Below are positions 40,709-54,100 of a stretch of DNA of 64,000 nucleotides, in pieces (position 1 is the stretch's first letter; each line of letters starts with the position of its first letter). The stretch covers positions 350,930-414,929 of the forward strand of contig NMRA01000394.1 in assembly GCA_002633005.1 (NCBI GenBank), written 5' to 3'. The notes below the pieces were generated by a model. That model was not told where the DNA came from, ran no database searches, and was given only the letters and a program-made list of their open reading frames with translations. Source of the DNA: Phoronis australis. Taxonomy: Eukaryota > Animalia > Phoronida. A program made the position numbers and the translations under genes.

Positions 40709-40836
40709 CATAGACGGATCCAGAGGGGTCAAGGGGGTCCAGACACCCCTTATCCTTGATTTTGTTGCTATCAAATCTAGAATTTTCAAATTGTTGACTT
40801 TGACCCCCCTTTTTGAAAATCCTGGATCTGCCCTTG
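40709..40836. mobile_element. Short MITE with a perfect 5-bp TSD
   Basis: catagacggatccag...ctggatctgcccttg flanked by gattc on both sides. Confidence 0.72.
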
Positions 40837-42513
40837 GATTCCCATAAATCTCTGATCTACCAGTTACTATGTGACTCTTTGATCGACGTTTCATGCCCGA
40901 CATGGTTTCCAATGAATAATTCAAAGAATAAGTCGCGAAGCACCAAGCGCACGCGACAGGTTCTGATACTTTTTAAAATTGCCGACAATTCATCGACTTG
41001 GCCTCATTTTCAACCTCCTGAAATTTGCCCATCGAGTAAACATCAGTTCGTTATCACTTTCCAAATAAGGACATCTCATTAAGTTTTTGTGTGACTTATT
41101 GAATCTGAAGCTGTGGTTGGTCAGTAGTTAATGAGTCCAGTGGCGGATCTACGTTTTCAGTAAGGGGGGGGGGGTAGGATTCCCGCAAAGGTCGAATCCG
41201 AGGCGCGTGGCGCCAAGCGGGGGGGGGGGGAGAGGTTGGGAGGGGGTAAACAACTTTTTGTTTTTCCAGCCAAACAGTGAAATTTCCATGCATCCTGGTA
41301 CGTTTCTGGCACTTAACTTGTCCCTGGAGTTTTTCTTAAGATAATGAAAAACCTTCTCGATTTCGTCACATGAACTTGGCTCATAAGTTTCGTGAAACCA
41401 TATTTGTGCACATCTGGGTATGAGTTACGCCACCAGCAAAAATTTGTGTTGGAACATCTGTTTACACACACCTTTTTAGCATACGAAAAATCGTATACGA
41501 AAAAGTGTGGTGTGTACACAGGGGCTTAGACAACTACCAAATATTCAAGAGCATAAGGAGCACCGACGGGGCGTAAAAACTTGAATATTAGATGATCGCA
41601 ACAGCCGCAAGCTGTTTAAGAACGAACACCTGTACTGTTAGTCCGGAAATAAACATGTGTTCTGTCTGGCGAACGATGGTGCTCTCAGCTCATAGTCTAT
41701 TATTAAAAGTGACAATAAACAATTAAGTATCACTTTATTACAATTGCAAAACGTCAAATGTATCCGGAAACAAATCATCTGAAAACAGTTTCACGAAACC
41801 AAAACATTCTGTACACCGTGGTGAAAAGATCAGTATACAGGAGCAGTTCGCAGAGGGACCAGATGTACACTGAGAGTACACAAAATCTCTGGCCTAGTCC
41901 GTCACGAGACCAAAAGTACACCTGTGCTTATTATTCCTATAAAAATAGTCGATCTGTCGCGGGACCAAACATTACTGGTTGTGATAAATAGTTTTACAAA
42001 GCACACTTTGGTAAAAAACACCACAAGACTATAGTTCGCCGAGGGACCAGAAGTCAGACACTGAAACTCGATATCTAAACAAATCAAGCTGGCTTGGTCG
42101 GTCACGAGACCTAAAGCGTACTTTGCAAAAGAAAAACATTTTGAATTGAAAACTTCTCTCTAGACACTTTTTAATCCCCAGTGGTTGCTCATACGTGTAG
42201 TTTACACATCTGGTGGTCAACTGATGCGAGAGGTTGTCTAGGAAGGGTTTTCGCACCGTTCTGTAGTACTCACTGGAAGAAACGAAACAAGTATTGAGTA
42301 CAGATTTAACTACGCACTACGTGAAATAGATTTTGGATATGAAGCAGACAGAATCAAGTGGAAATACAAACCAGAATCAGTTTCTGTGTTCTCGTAGACC
42401 CTCTGTTGTACTGGGTAAATTTGACATGTCCAAAAATAATTTCTATTTCGTTTTCATTGTACACAAGCATAAAAAACCGACATTATTACAAACTGTGTAA
42501 AATTATAATTCAT

Positions 42514-42870
42514 TACCTGGGTGTTTCTCCAGGAACGTTGGCCTTATCTTTCTGTTGTCCAGACTGCCGAGGAATCTGTACATCGGATCCAATGGTTTGC
42601 TCCTTTGGGAACCATTCTACCCAGACATCTGCGACGTTTGTTCCCAACACTTGCACTTCGTCAACTGCTGTGTCAATGAGCTTGTACGCCTCTACGATGT
42701 CAGCATCTCGTTTCGCAGCTCAGTTGGCACTAAATCCCCTGAGGTTACCAAGTCCATTCAAATACAGCATGCGCAACAAAATTTGATCCGTTCATCATGG
42801 ACTACTTCAAACCTTGACGATGTATCCCATGACGCATTTGCATCTCTTGCAATTTTCGAAATAAACGTCC
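42514..42870 (-). pseudogene. Degenerate hAT-family (PRKRIR/THAP12/ZMYM1-like) transposase fragment
   Basis: Manual minus-strand translation gives ...SWDTSS...NGLGNLRGFSAN*AAKRDADIVEAYKLIDTAVDEVQ...VWVEWF...QIPRQSGQQKDKANVPGETP, resembling the hAT segment LQKRD.DI..A...PR..GRQ..R.NVP..TP. Recognised from memory, not by search. Confidence 0.7.
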
Positions 42871-44734
42871 CAATGTCTGAACGCTTGAAACCCGAAGTGC
42901 TAACATCAAATAAATGCCCATGGGCATGGAAGTTTCGTTGGATGGGCCTTTCTGCGGAAATTCCCAGTATAGAAAACGGCAGTGGTGCTTATTGCAGGTA
43001 GAAAGACGGTAGGTGTTGAGGTCGGCACTAGGGCTCCTTAGGAGGCCTATTGAACATCGCACGAGTCCCGCAAGACTTTGTTGTGAAAATACAGCCTCCC
43101 CGCAATTTCTGGTATTGTACACTGTTCGCGAATGCGGTCACTTTGTCAATGTGAGTGCCCCTTGGTCATTCCTTGTATAGACATAACTTGCTAGAGTGCA
43201 TCTTCAAACGGACTCGCGACCAGACCACGGCGCCCGCCACAATAGCAATTCCTCGGAAAACGATTTTTCTTTCAAAAACATTACATGTACATGTACACTG
43301 CATGATATTGCGCAAGACAACTTTACTATACACCAGTCGAATTCGAGTTACAAACGTGTGGGGTGTAATTGGGTGGGGGGGGGGGGGTTTAAACTCCCTG
43401 AACCCCCNTTCGCGAAGTGGGCAATAAGGTTTGCCTCAGAGAAACAAAAACTGCGAAAAAAGTAGACTACGAGACAAAAGTCCACTACAAAGGCAAGAAC
43501 TACCAAAATTCGGCGAGTGCACAATTCATAGCTTTGAGCGTACCTCGTGAATCTTAGAAGGAGGTCGACATTCTTAAAAATTCGAGCCCCCCAGTTTTAG
43601 GCTGGGTGCGCGCATGTGAAGGGAGGGATTATCATTTCAACGAGACATTAGAATTAGCTTTTCAGTTAATTTGAGCCCAAGCACATAAGTCTATTAATTT
43701 GTATATAAACTGAAAAATTCCACTGTCAAAACACTTTCACAATATTCAGCATTTTCTTGCCGAGTTCCCATGTTGAGCGCATTGCAAACATTCGTGTTGT
43801 TTGTTGAGCGGTAACAATTCACCTTCAGTTATTTACTCGTAGACTAATGATCAGGAGGCCGAAGATGACGTCACACCTATGAATATCCAAAGAATAAGCA
43901 TGTCATGTGCCCATTTTACTCATAGACTACGGCCACGCATAACTGCCTTCATATTCAGAAACTTTGGTTAAGGTCGACGACTTAATTTTAGACCCTCCTT
44001 GGACAAGAATTCCCCTGACATTTGTTGATTGATTGGAGATTTTAGGGAACCAAAGTATTCAACAAATAGTCATGATAATTGTTATACACATGACCCTTAA
44101 AATTACAAGAGAAGCTTTTTTATCCCATAGACCAACGCGTTGTATCTGTAGAGTGCAACACGGCCATGTAATAATGTTTTCCGTATTCACCTCCCGCGCT
44201 ACTTCATCTGTGACCTCTGACATGGGAAGTTCAAAAAGTAGGTGAATGTGGACTCCACAACGTTAGACGGTTCGATTATCAAACATCACTAATATATAGT
44301 TTAAGGTAATACAGTTGCAGCAATGTACATAACACTCGTCACGCAATCAGGCCCTAAACGTAATATCTGGTACAAAAATATTAATTATTTGACACTTCTG
44401 TCTCGGTTTTTAATTGGTGAATATTATATCGTCTGCAATTGAGGCGCCGATTTCTCAGTAACTACAATATCAAATAATGTTGTTACTTAACTATTTTCAG
44501 GAGATATTGCAAGTTCAATGCACTGTTCCCGTTGTTTTCATCTTTGTTATCTCTTTTCAAGTAATAAATCGTTACATTTAAAACTGATTCTTTTACTGCA
44601 GAAAACTTGTTACCTAACGCGCAAGTTCATACATATAGGATGTGATCCGCCACGTGAACAGTCTGAGTGAATTATTTTAAAAATCTGGCGAAAAAATGAA
44701 AGAAACTTAGGAATTCGAAGCGCATGGGATAAAT

Positions 44735-44887
44735 ACAAAACGTACATGTACCTCGATTGGCGTAGATGAAGTAATATGCCACTCGACAATATTCAGCGTA
44801 TCGACTTCGAACTTCGGCCGAGGTCGATACGCGGGATAATGTCTCGTGGGGTATTACTTTATGTACGCCAATCGAGGTACGTTTTGT
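44735..44887. repeat. About 150-bp imperfect palindrome (hairpin MITE)
   Basis: gtacctcgattggcgta...gcgtatcgac.tcg pairs with cgaggtcgatacgc...tacgccaatcgaggtac around a loop of about 9 nt. Confidence 0.88.
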
Positions 44888-45188
44888 GTATGTATCATAA
44901 AAAATGCATTCAGTACAAATAGTATCCCACTAACCAAGGCTAGTGTAAGAAAATAGTTTACCGAACTCGTAGTGGTTGAATTGTTAAAAAAAACACTTCA
45001 CGCAAACAAGACTGGTGACATTTTTCACCGTTTGGAGTTGTAAAATGAATGGACGGGTCTAAACAGGTCCAAAATCAAAAATAAAATGCGTTAACAACAT
45101 GCCGTTTTAAAGTTGCAGATTGAACAGGTCTTGGCTCATCTGTTTGTGATCAACAGACGAGTACTCATGAACCGAAAGACAAACTTAC

Positions 45189-45297
45189 GTTCTGTGATCG
45201 TGTTACAGAATGTTACCCCGCTCTTCAAGGGCAAGCTCGGATCACCGCAGCCACAGACTTCAAGAGTTTTGTTCTGAATACACGACTTGGTGCAAGC
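45189..45297 (-). CDS. DEG/ENaC channel exon (ACTKSCIQNKTLEVCGC...FCN)
   Basis: ttttag|...|gtaagt; thumb CxxxCxQxxxxxxCGC signature; phase 0 to 1. Confidence 0.92.
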
Positions 45298-46272
45298 CTA
45301 AAATAAGTTCGGTTAGAAGCATTTGAAAGCATAAATTTGTCACCATCGTCGTCGCCGTTGTTATTGAAGCTGTTTCTGTCTTCGATATCATGGATTTGAA
45401 GTCTTCGTTCTGCCTTCAATCACTACTCTTGGACGCACTAGGTCATGAGATTTTGGTCCAAACAGTTGTATATGCACTGAATTGTTCGTAAGATTGGAAT
45501 GTTGCAGATAGTTGAGCCAAAACCACTTGAGTTAATTATCTGATGGCAGTTTTTGGTTCCTTGCGGTTAATGGAGGAAGCTGGTTGAGAATTTTCAGTTA
45601 AATTGAATAGGTAGGTGAGGAAGCTCTTAAAACGTAAAGTTACATGAGCAGATACAAGATGGCCTAAAGTATTTTGAATAGACTTGCGGCCATACACTGG
45701 CTTATAATCATGTCACAAAGCGATGTGCTCATCCTATTGGCAGAGAAATAAATATGACTTTGGAAGAAAAAGAATCAAGGTAGTTACAAGTTATCCAGGG
45801 TTTGGAATAGCATGATCATCGGACCACCTAGTGATCATTATCTTCTGAAGATGACTGCTGGAAGGAGTCGAAACTGTCAAAAAGTAATCAACTCGACTGC
45901 TTATGTCTCAAGTACGTCCAGTAGTATCTTCAATAAAACTAATCGATCATGGATACGTTCCGTAACATAAGACACTAGCGAAATACTTGCGGTGAGAAAT
46001 CTTCGAGGGTACTGGCTCTTCACTCATCAATGCATAATTTCTTCACAACTATGAAACTATATTATATTAAAAGACATAGGTCCACAGAAGGCACTACTGA
46101 AATATCACCTTCAAACAAATCAGTCTTGGTACAGGTACGTCGAGCAGTCCCTCTGTGGCAGCTGGTGAGCTACAGGATAATCCAAAAAGCATGTTCATAA
46201 TGGAAACAGATGCTATTAAGATGCACAAGCTTTGACGTTCAAAACTAGTTTATAATTTCCAAATTATCTTAC

Positions 46273-46362
46273 CGGAATGGAATAGTTCTTTGAATAGAAC
46301 AGCGTTAGTTCTGTTCCATTTGTACAGTTACCCCAAGGATGCGGAAGTCGTTTTACGGAAAC
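46273..46362 (-). CDS. DEG/ENaC channel exon (VSVKRLPHPWGNC...NYSIP)
   Basis: tttcag|...|gtaaga; RLPxPWGxC motif; phase 0 to 0. Confidence 0.92.
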
Positions 46363-46601
46363 CTGAAAAGTAAAAAAGAAAAAAGTAGTAAGACTAGTCT
46401 GGCAAGCTAGAAACAGTCAACTTATGCAGTATGATTTTTGTTAATCAAACCACCATGGTGATTTCGCACGATTTTCGTAGCAGAAGGTCGTAACCTTGTC
46501 TTGACCGAGACTTAAGTCGTTAAAATGTTCCGGAATTGGTTACCCCTGTTGTTCTTCATGTCCGAGAGCAATGATTTCTTAATTTCATCTTAAGTGCTTA
46601 C

Positions 46602-46765
46602 TCTTCGCAAACTAACGGACGTTTTTTGCCCAGGTGATAGGTCAATTCCGTCTTCTTCTGGAAAGGGTTGCGTGTCCTGGCGATGAACAAGAATGCGCAT
46701 TCCTGCAGAAGCAGACAGGGACGGCACATATTCGTCTTGCTCAACCAACAGCGTCAGGCTTAGCC
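46602..46765 (-). CDS. DEG/ENaC channel exon (GLSLTLLVEQDEY...GMRILVH...PFPEEDG...PG)
   Basis: tttag|...|gtaagc; canonical palm/beta-ball motifs; phase 1 to 0. Confidence 0.93.
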
Positions 46766-47511
46766 CTAAAGCGAGACCAATGTGGCATTTTACACAAAAT
46801 ATCTTTGTAAAGAAGCAAGTGTCAAAAAGGGCTTGTAAAGCGTTAACACTGAATAGGCAATTGGTTGTTTAAACCATAACATTTAAATCTAAGCAAATGG
46901 TTCGTAGCCAATTCCTTCAGTTCCGAACACAAAATGGCAGAAAAATGAAATTTCATTTTGGTAAATATCAAAAATGTAGTTTACTATTGAAGTATAGTTG
47001 TATCGTGTCTAGTAAGGTTTGGAAATCGGAGGCTTCACGGGACACCGTCAAATGGCAGTTTCAGCTTTTATTTTTGGCACATACTGAAGGTTGTTTCTTT
47101 AAGCGGACATCTTGATCTAAAACAAACCAAGCTGGTGCCATTTCCTTTGTATTTGTGAGAGTGCTTCATAACTGATTACGTTCTGGAAATTCTTTGATTT
47201 GGAAGAACCAAATAAAATAACATTGAAAATCATTTTAAGATTTCCTTTCGTTTACATTTATCAAACTAGAACACAGGACGAGTTTTGTCAGTCGGAATAT
47301 TTCGCTAATACAAACATTTCGTAACTTTGTGTTTGCCTTATTCTGCTATTAGTTTTGCTTTCTTAATTAGTGGGCGGGGTTTCCATAAAAAATAAAAAAG
47401 TATTATATAAAATTCAGAAAAGTTGAAAATATTTGAAGTTGTGCTGAGTGGTTACTATTTGGATTGAACAAACCATTGGTAGACTTGATTAATTCTGTTT
47501 GGATTACTTAC

Positions 47512-47615
47512 CATATTTAGGCCCTGGTTTGCTGATATTGGCGATGTCATTGATGTCTCCAGAATTGAAAGTATAGCAGTTTCCGTAGTCTCGACTGTAG
47601 AAAGTTGTAAAATTC
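47512..47615 (-). CDS. DEG/ENaC channel exon (NFTTFYSRDYGNCYTFNS...PGPKYG)
   Basis: YGNCYTFN family signature; ctag|...G|gtaagt; phase 2 to 1. Confidence 0.94.
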
Positions 47616-47830
47616 CTAGCAGAAGAATCAACAACAGATTTAGTGTGTGAATGAAACGTAATGCAACTTTTACTAGTCTTTTCCAACTATTTTGACTAAG
47701 CGATACTCTATTTGAATGTGACGCGCTCTTTCGGTCATTGACAAATGTATTGATTTATTTCCACTGTGTGTAGATATGGCAATCGACACCCCTGTTCTAC
47801 ATGCAACACAGGGGATGATTTCCGACTTAC

Positions 47831-48051
47831 TCAGGGGAGCACGTGCGCCCGCTATACACGCACTCCTGAATCATGTCGGTAAGCTGGTGGCCCATTTCTC
47901 TTTTCTCTTCCAGAGTTAAGTTAGCAATGAGGATACTCAAGTTGCGAGCGTTCTCCGACGAAGGTGCCCTCTCTCCTGTATTTTCAAACCATGTCATGTC
48001 GGTGAGGTCGAGGTCGGGTTTTATGGCCTTGTCACCCATATCAATAGTTTC
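47831..48051 (-). CDS. DEG/ENaC channel exon (ETIDMGD...MGHQLTDMIQECVYSGRTC)
   Basis: cttcag|...GA|gtaagt; GHxLxDMIxxCxxxGxxC motif; phase 0 to 2. Confidence 0.92.
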
Positions 48052-48916
48052 CTGAAGAAAGAAAACAAAATCCGGTTAAACACGAAAGCTATCGCTAGTT
48101 ACGTATTCTGCAGTCGCCAGTTTACGTCATGCACCAGCCACAGTCCGCGACCATGGACAGTTACTCCAGACTCGACTTATAAATAGACAATGACATGGCG
48201 TGAAAATTTGCTGAAAATGTGCTACTCGATTGGTCAATTTTCGAATAGTCACAAGTAATGGTTGGTGGTCACCACGGCCTAGGTTTTCGAGAGAAGGGGG
48301 TTGAATTCTGGGTAAAGTTGGGTCCAGTTTTACAGAAGAGTCCCTTAGCGTGTCGTCAAACTGTCTATCATTGTTCCCTCTTCGATTATTGTCTAATTGA
48401 GACTTGAGAACAACGAAGTTCCAGTTTATGACGACATCGATATCGAATGAACAAGAAATACGACAATGTTCACATTTGTAAGAAGTGAACGGCCAATTTG
48501 TCGTTGCAAAACTCTTTTTGTTGTGAAGTTTCACACCGGTTGTAGTTGCAAGAAAATTAGTGAATGTGCTTCATGATGATAAATGGTGAGGAGCTCATCG
48601 TGGAATCAATGGATGTTGTGTGATGACGTCATTTGGGGGAAATGTGGTTTTCAGTTTCAGAGTCCAACGAATTTTAAGGTCAATAAATCCAACAAGACAC
48701 AAAAAAACGTTTGGCTTTATTGATACAGCCAGAGTTGTTGGATGTGAATGAAACAGTGTTTAATCAATGTAGTATCCATAACCTTATTTACATGCCCCGA
48801 TTTTTGACAATGACAAGTCGATTTACACCATTATTTACACACTCCGAATGTCGTGCAAGATTTTTATTCTGCCAAGTTGTGTCAGAATAACAATCTACTC
48901 GCTAAAATTTGTCTCA

Positions 48917-48970
48917 TACGACAGTCGTATACGACAGTCGTATACAACAGTCGTATGCGACAGTCATATG
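48917..48970. repeat. 13-bp tandem repeat (atacgacagtcgt), about 4 copies
   Basis: Directly visible; each unit is quasi-palindromic (acgac-a-gtcgt). Confidence 0.85.
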
Positions 48971-51076
48971 TGACATAGTATATGAAAAATCGGAGTGTGC
49001 AGACAGGGCCACCGCTCACATGATTCGAAGTCGGGTCTCAGAAGCAGTGCTGTAGTGGGGCCAGCCGCACGTGGGCGCAGCCAACCACCTTTTGGCATTA
49101 GAACGTAGCGCCTGCACACCGTAAGTTACGGTCAGTGCTCAAGGTAATACGGTGGGCTTTGGGCGCCTACTTACCTCAAATTTTACCACTGCAGCACTGC
49201 TCACAAGTGCGAGTCCGCAACCCAAATCACTGCGGATATTGTCTTCCAGCAGTGATTGGGTTGAAGACACGGCGAATGGTTCCCTAACTGAAGTGGTGTA
49301 CAGATCACGTGTCACTTCTTCGTCCCCTTCTTGTCATTATCGGTGTATAGGTATACAATTCAGTTGTAGAACAGTGTCAACAGGATTAATTAGTATCGAC
49401 CATAAAACTAGTAAAATTACAAACTATTTATGCAACCAACCTCAAAATTGCTAAGGACCTTTTGTAAGCAACAACCATACGTATCGCCATAGCATTTTTC
49501 TCATGGATATATTGTTGCGATCAATCATTCGATTTATTCTAATCTTGCACGAGTAAGAGGACCAGTGTTTGAAATATAAGAGCCTGTAAATATTGGTGCG
49601 GTAATCACTCCTGTCAGCAAAGGGCGGTGCAGTTCGATCACAACAGTTTCTAAAATGAAATCAACTGGAATCCTGTCTTTGTTAAGTGGATGATAAATAA
49701 TTAATATTGAAATTGATTTTATTTTATTTGAGTGGAGTGACAATGGTCAAATTGTCTTTCAGAAGTAATTGCTGTAATTAAAAGAAGAGATAATTGTGAC
49801 AGGGTACTAGTAAAATGCCTAAATTTTGGCTTACTTCCGAACGTCATGTCTCAAAAATGGTTGATCGCATTCAAATAAAACTTTCCAATACTATGCTTTA
49901 TGCACTGATCTCCAAAACTCTCATAAGAATTGCTTTTTAAAATGACCATTTTAAGAGAAGGCTGGTCAAAAATATGACTTTTACGATTTTTATGAATAAA
50001 TCAAAAGTTGCATAAAGAAAAATTGAAATTGTAATTTCTAAAACTGCAATAGCGATTTTGAGATTTCATCGTTAACACTTATATCAAACGAAATCTAGAT
50101 ACGTTATTGATGCCATTGGTTTCCCACGAATGAACCTTCGTTTTTACTAAATTTTACAAAAAACACCTGGCACATTGGTATCAAAACAAAAATAAAATTC
50201 TGATAGCTTTCAGAAAACGTATACTTTTACGCAGTGAAATTTCATAGAATGCACACGTAGTGGTCAGGTCTTATACATAACCTTAAAACCATTCTAAACC
50301 GTGTTTTGTTGTCAAAAAGATCGACTTTGCTCTTCCAAAACAACGTCATCGCGTCTTTCTGTCTTCACTCGCCCTGACAAGGAACTTAAATGTCCTGGTT
50401 TGAAGCAATAACCGCCTGTCAGTTCTTATAAAGCCAAGACATCATTTCTAATATTAATAAGAAATAAGATGACATCGATTTTATAATGGTAAGTGGCCAA
50501 AACCAAACGTTATTTTAGAAACAAGACGGCAGCTTATTGCCCCTTGAATGTCATTAATCAATCAGTTATTTGGATGAAAATGTTTGATCATGGTTACAGT
50601 CTCTTTAAACAATTTTCCTTTGATTGAGCTTTAAAATGCAGCTGATGCGGAAGGAATATTTCATAGGAAGACGGATTTATCACTTGCCAATTTATATTGA
50701 ACTACACCTACAATGTACATGTATGTCAAATTTAACTTATCTTGTTACTTCACAAGAAGCACAACCAGAAGAGGTAACCATTTACTGCATTTACGCTTAA
50801 GATCTTGATGTCGACGGGGAAGATAAACACGATAAATACATGACAACCGACTGCTCATCACTTTTACATACACAGCGGCACGAACTCCTACTAAAAACAA
50901 AAGGTTATTTAATTTGTAAATTGCTCAACCGATGTTTGGTTTTTAAATTGCTCACTCGCTGAGCTATTGTTGATATATCCTGATTCTAAATAGACCACTT
51001 GTTTTCAAAACAGTAGTGATAATAAATCGTTTCTGGTGCAGTTCAAGTTCATCGCCCTTGCTCTTAATTACAATAA

Positions 51077-51134
51077 GTGCGTGCGTGTTTGTGCGTGAGT
51101 GCGTATGTGTGTGTGCGTGTGCGTGTGTGTGTGT
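51077..51134. repeat. (GT/GC)n microsatellite
   Basis: gtgcgtgcgtgt...gtgtgtgt. Confidence 0.85.
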
Positions 51135-54100
51135 CTATTTCACGGACAATAAATTCATTTCTCAAGAATTGATCTGTTCATATATCTATTAATTAAAGTA
51201 CGACACAGCGTGTAAATCGATGACAGCTATTAGTCGCCGTTTGATAACAGTTGCATCATCGTCAATTTGATAAATGAACATAACTGCCAAAGAATGTGTC
51301 ATTTAGTACCTTCTAAGTATGGTGTTGATATAAGAACAGTCAAGTATGGCAGAGGTGGTGTGTGGAACCCACTGTGATATCATGAGGACCTGACGTTTTT
51401 GACGTTCAGCTTCTGTACTCCCATACTTTTTGTCTTCTGCAGGTCTTTCGAGTGACCGGCATCCTATAGATTCTTAACAATACAAAATCCAACACTTTCA
51501 AGTATCGTTTTCCATCATTGCTGAGCAAGTTCCCAAATCTATTCCAAAATTACAATTTGTTTACTTTTGGGGGATGCGCAACACCGAGATTAACTTCAAT
51601 TTTACCCTTGTGTTTTATCGAAAAGTCTTGCTAAGACACCTTTGCTCATTTTTCATATTTTTTATAATCCCGCATTCCGTCAAAGAAATGACCTCTAATT
51701 AGATTTACACCACTTATCGCAATCGGTCTCAACTTGTTTCTTCTTCAGGCGAGAAGTGATTTCTACGCTAAGGACTGACAGTTCCATATTCCTTGAAACC
51801 ATGCTCGGCGCATACAATGACACGGCGGGACAAGTTAACTTAATTATAGCGTCTGGTCTCAAGTGATAACGCACCTACAAGTTTTCTTGTTAAGGAAAAA
51901 TCTGAGATCAATTTCATAACAGTATATGATCCAAATCAAAAGTATTTTTGCGACGGAGGGCAGGTTTGTGGCCGATTTAATTGCACGTTATTAAATCTGA
52001 AAGAAAAGTGGTTTTCTGAGGTTAGCACCAACGTGAAATCAAACTTACAACTTGAGTGGTCCCAGTGCAGCCCTTTGTGGGCGGAGCTAAACCACACGTG
52101 ATCACAGGCAGAGTATTGTAATCGTACCTAACAGCAGTTACCGGCGAATGGCTGACAAACGACTATGAGATTTGGTGATTTGTACTAAAAGCAGAAAAAC
52201 AGCCGATTTAGTTGTTGTATACAGTGGCTCTGATCAAAGCTAATGAGTACAAGGAGTCTATCCTGTAAAACAATGATTTCAAAACTGCCTTTTTCAGCAA
52301 TGAACCGGTTATGTAACTTCAAGTGACGTTCTGCACTCGTCTGCTTCACTCATCCTCTCTAAGATCATGCACAACTTGATATAATTTTTATCTCATGCTA
52401 AAATTCAAATTAAGCAACGGAATTAAGGTTAAATTTTTGTTATCCTCCTTATAATCTTGTTTTCCTTGAAATTTCTGATTTTCCACTCGCGTTTGAGTTC
52501 AATTTGATTCTGTACCAAACAGGGAGTTGTTATATTTTACATATTTTTGAATGACTGATGAAAATTCTCTTAAGTTGGTGTCAATTTTGTTGAATAAACA
52601 GCTGTTACCTGTATTCGAGGTTTATGAAAATTATGACATAGAACGCACAACATTTCCATAATCACCTGTTAGTGATACGGATATACAGAATCAGCTGGAA
52701 AAACAACGAAGGGCAACTGATAGTTGGTTAGCACTTTAATATGTTTAAGCAGCAAAGAATTGTAAATAATTGCATTTTATGGATAGTTTCAAATCAGCTT
52801 TTCAGCTGTTTTGCTTTTGATATTAATTTTGACGTCTTCTTCTGTGGCTGTTCTCCATTTGCGTTTGTTAACTTAGTGTTTTGGCAACTCTGCACATCGA
52901 AAGCGTTCTGTCGGTGATAAGTCGTGCATCAAGTGACTCGGTTGATGAAATCATGAGAGCTCCGTTAGTGTATTGTCAACCGAAACTGTCTGAATTGTTA
53001 ATGTTAGGGGTCTTTGATCTGAAAATCACATTGTATGAACAGCGTGTGCTCGCGGAATGCTATATTGCAAAGGCTCCGGTTCGACAATCAATCATTGTTG
53101 TTAGGTGTAAAAGTCCTACAGGTCGAATGTCTCGTGGTCGAATATCACCATGTGTGTGCTTATTTATGCGCCTAAAGCCTAGCGTACATGTACATCGACC
53201 TTAAAACTGTACACAACCAGTTGTAAGCAGGTTACCGGCAACTGAGAGCAACTGAGAGCAACTGAGAGCAATTGATAAGTTGCGAGTTTCGCCGATGTGC
53301 GTCTTCATACCATTGACGGCGTGCAACTGATCGCTCGGTTGCCGTCAATTGCACGTGCTCTACTTTCTCGCCACTAGTTCCACTCAGTTTCGCCGATGTA
53401 CGCCTCGCGCTGCAACTAGATCTTAAGAATTGTATGAAACGAAAACTGGTCACTAATCAATGGTTACTGCCCGTCGCTTTCGATGAGTGCGCAAACGTGA
53501 CTGGGAGTAACTGGGACTGCCTAGTTTCTCACAATCGCTAAATTACCGATGTACGCGTGGTTAGAAACTGGCATGTGCGGAGTCTGCCAATAGCGGAGTT
53601 GCAACGCCGCCATATTGGAAATGGGTCAGAATGTTGCATTGTGGTTAAGCCGGTAAACAAGTACGTCGGCAAGCGTGGGGGCGAACCGGCCACAGGGAGG
53701 TTATACGTGTTGTGTGCCTGGCATGCTATAATACCAGTTAGCGAAATAAATTATTTAGTTACTACCTGTTTCCCAAGGATCAAGAACTGCGTTAAACATG
53801 GGTCAGAGACATCGGTAGAGCTGGTAGCAAAGGCCGACTTCGTGAATTCTTTCCGACTTCGTAGCATAAAGTGTGCACCGCTCATTTTGAGGGCGGCAAG
53901 AAAACGTATCTTAGAAACTGCCCAACAATATCTCCCTTCAAAGAAACAGTAACAAATACTCCACGGCGGTTGGTAGTGAAAATAATACTTGTTTTCAGAA
54001 CCAAGCCAACATGAGCAATTTTGAGGATAATGCCTCTGCACAATCACCTGTTCTGGGTCGACTCACTTAACGTATGCACATTACGCGCTAAGATAAAGCG

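Noticed and set aside
48380-48620. Coding-like patch (ENNEVPVYDDIDIE… CRCKTLFVVK)
   Set aside because: Too short and broken to assign; at most an old TE fragment.
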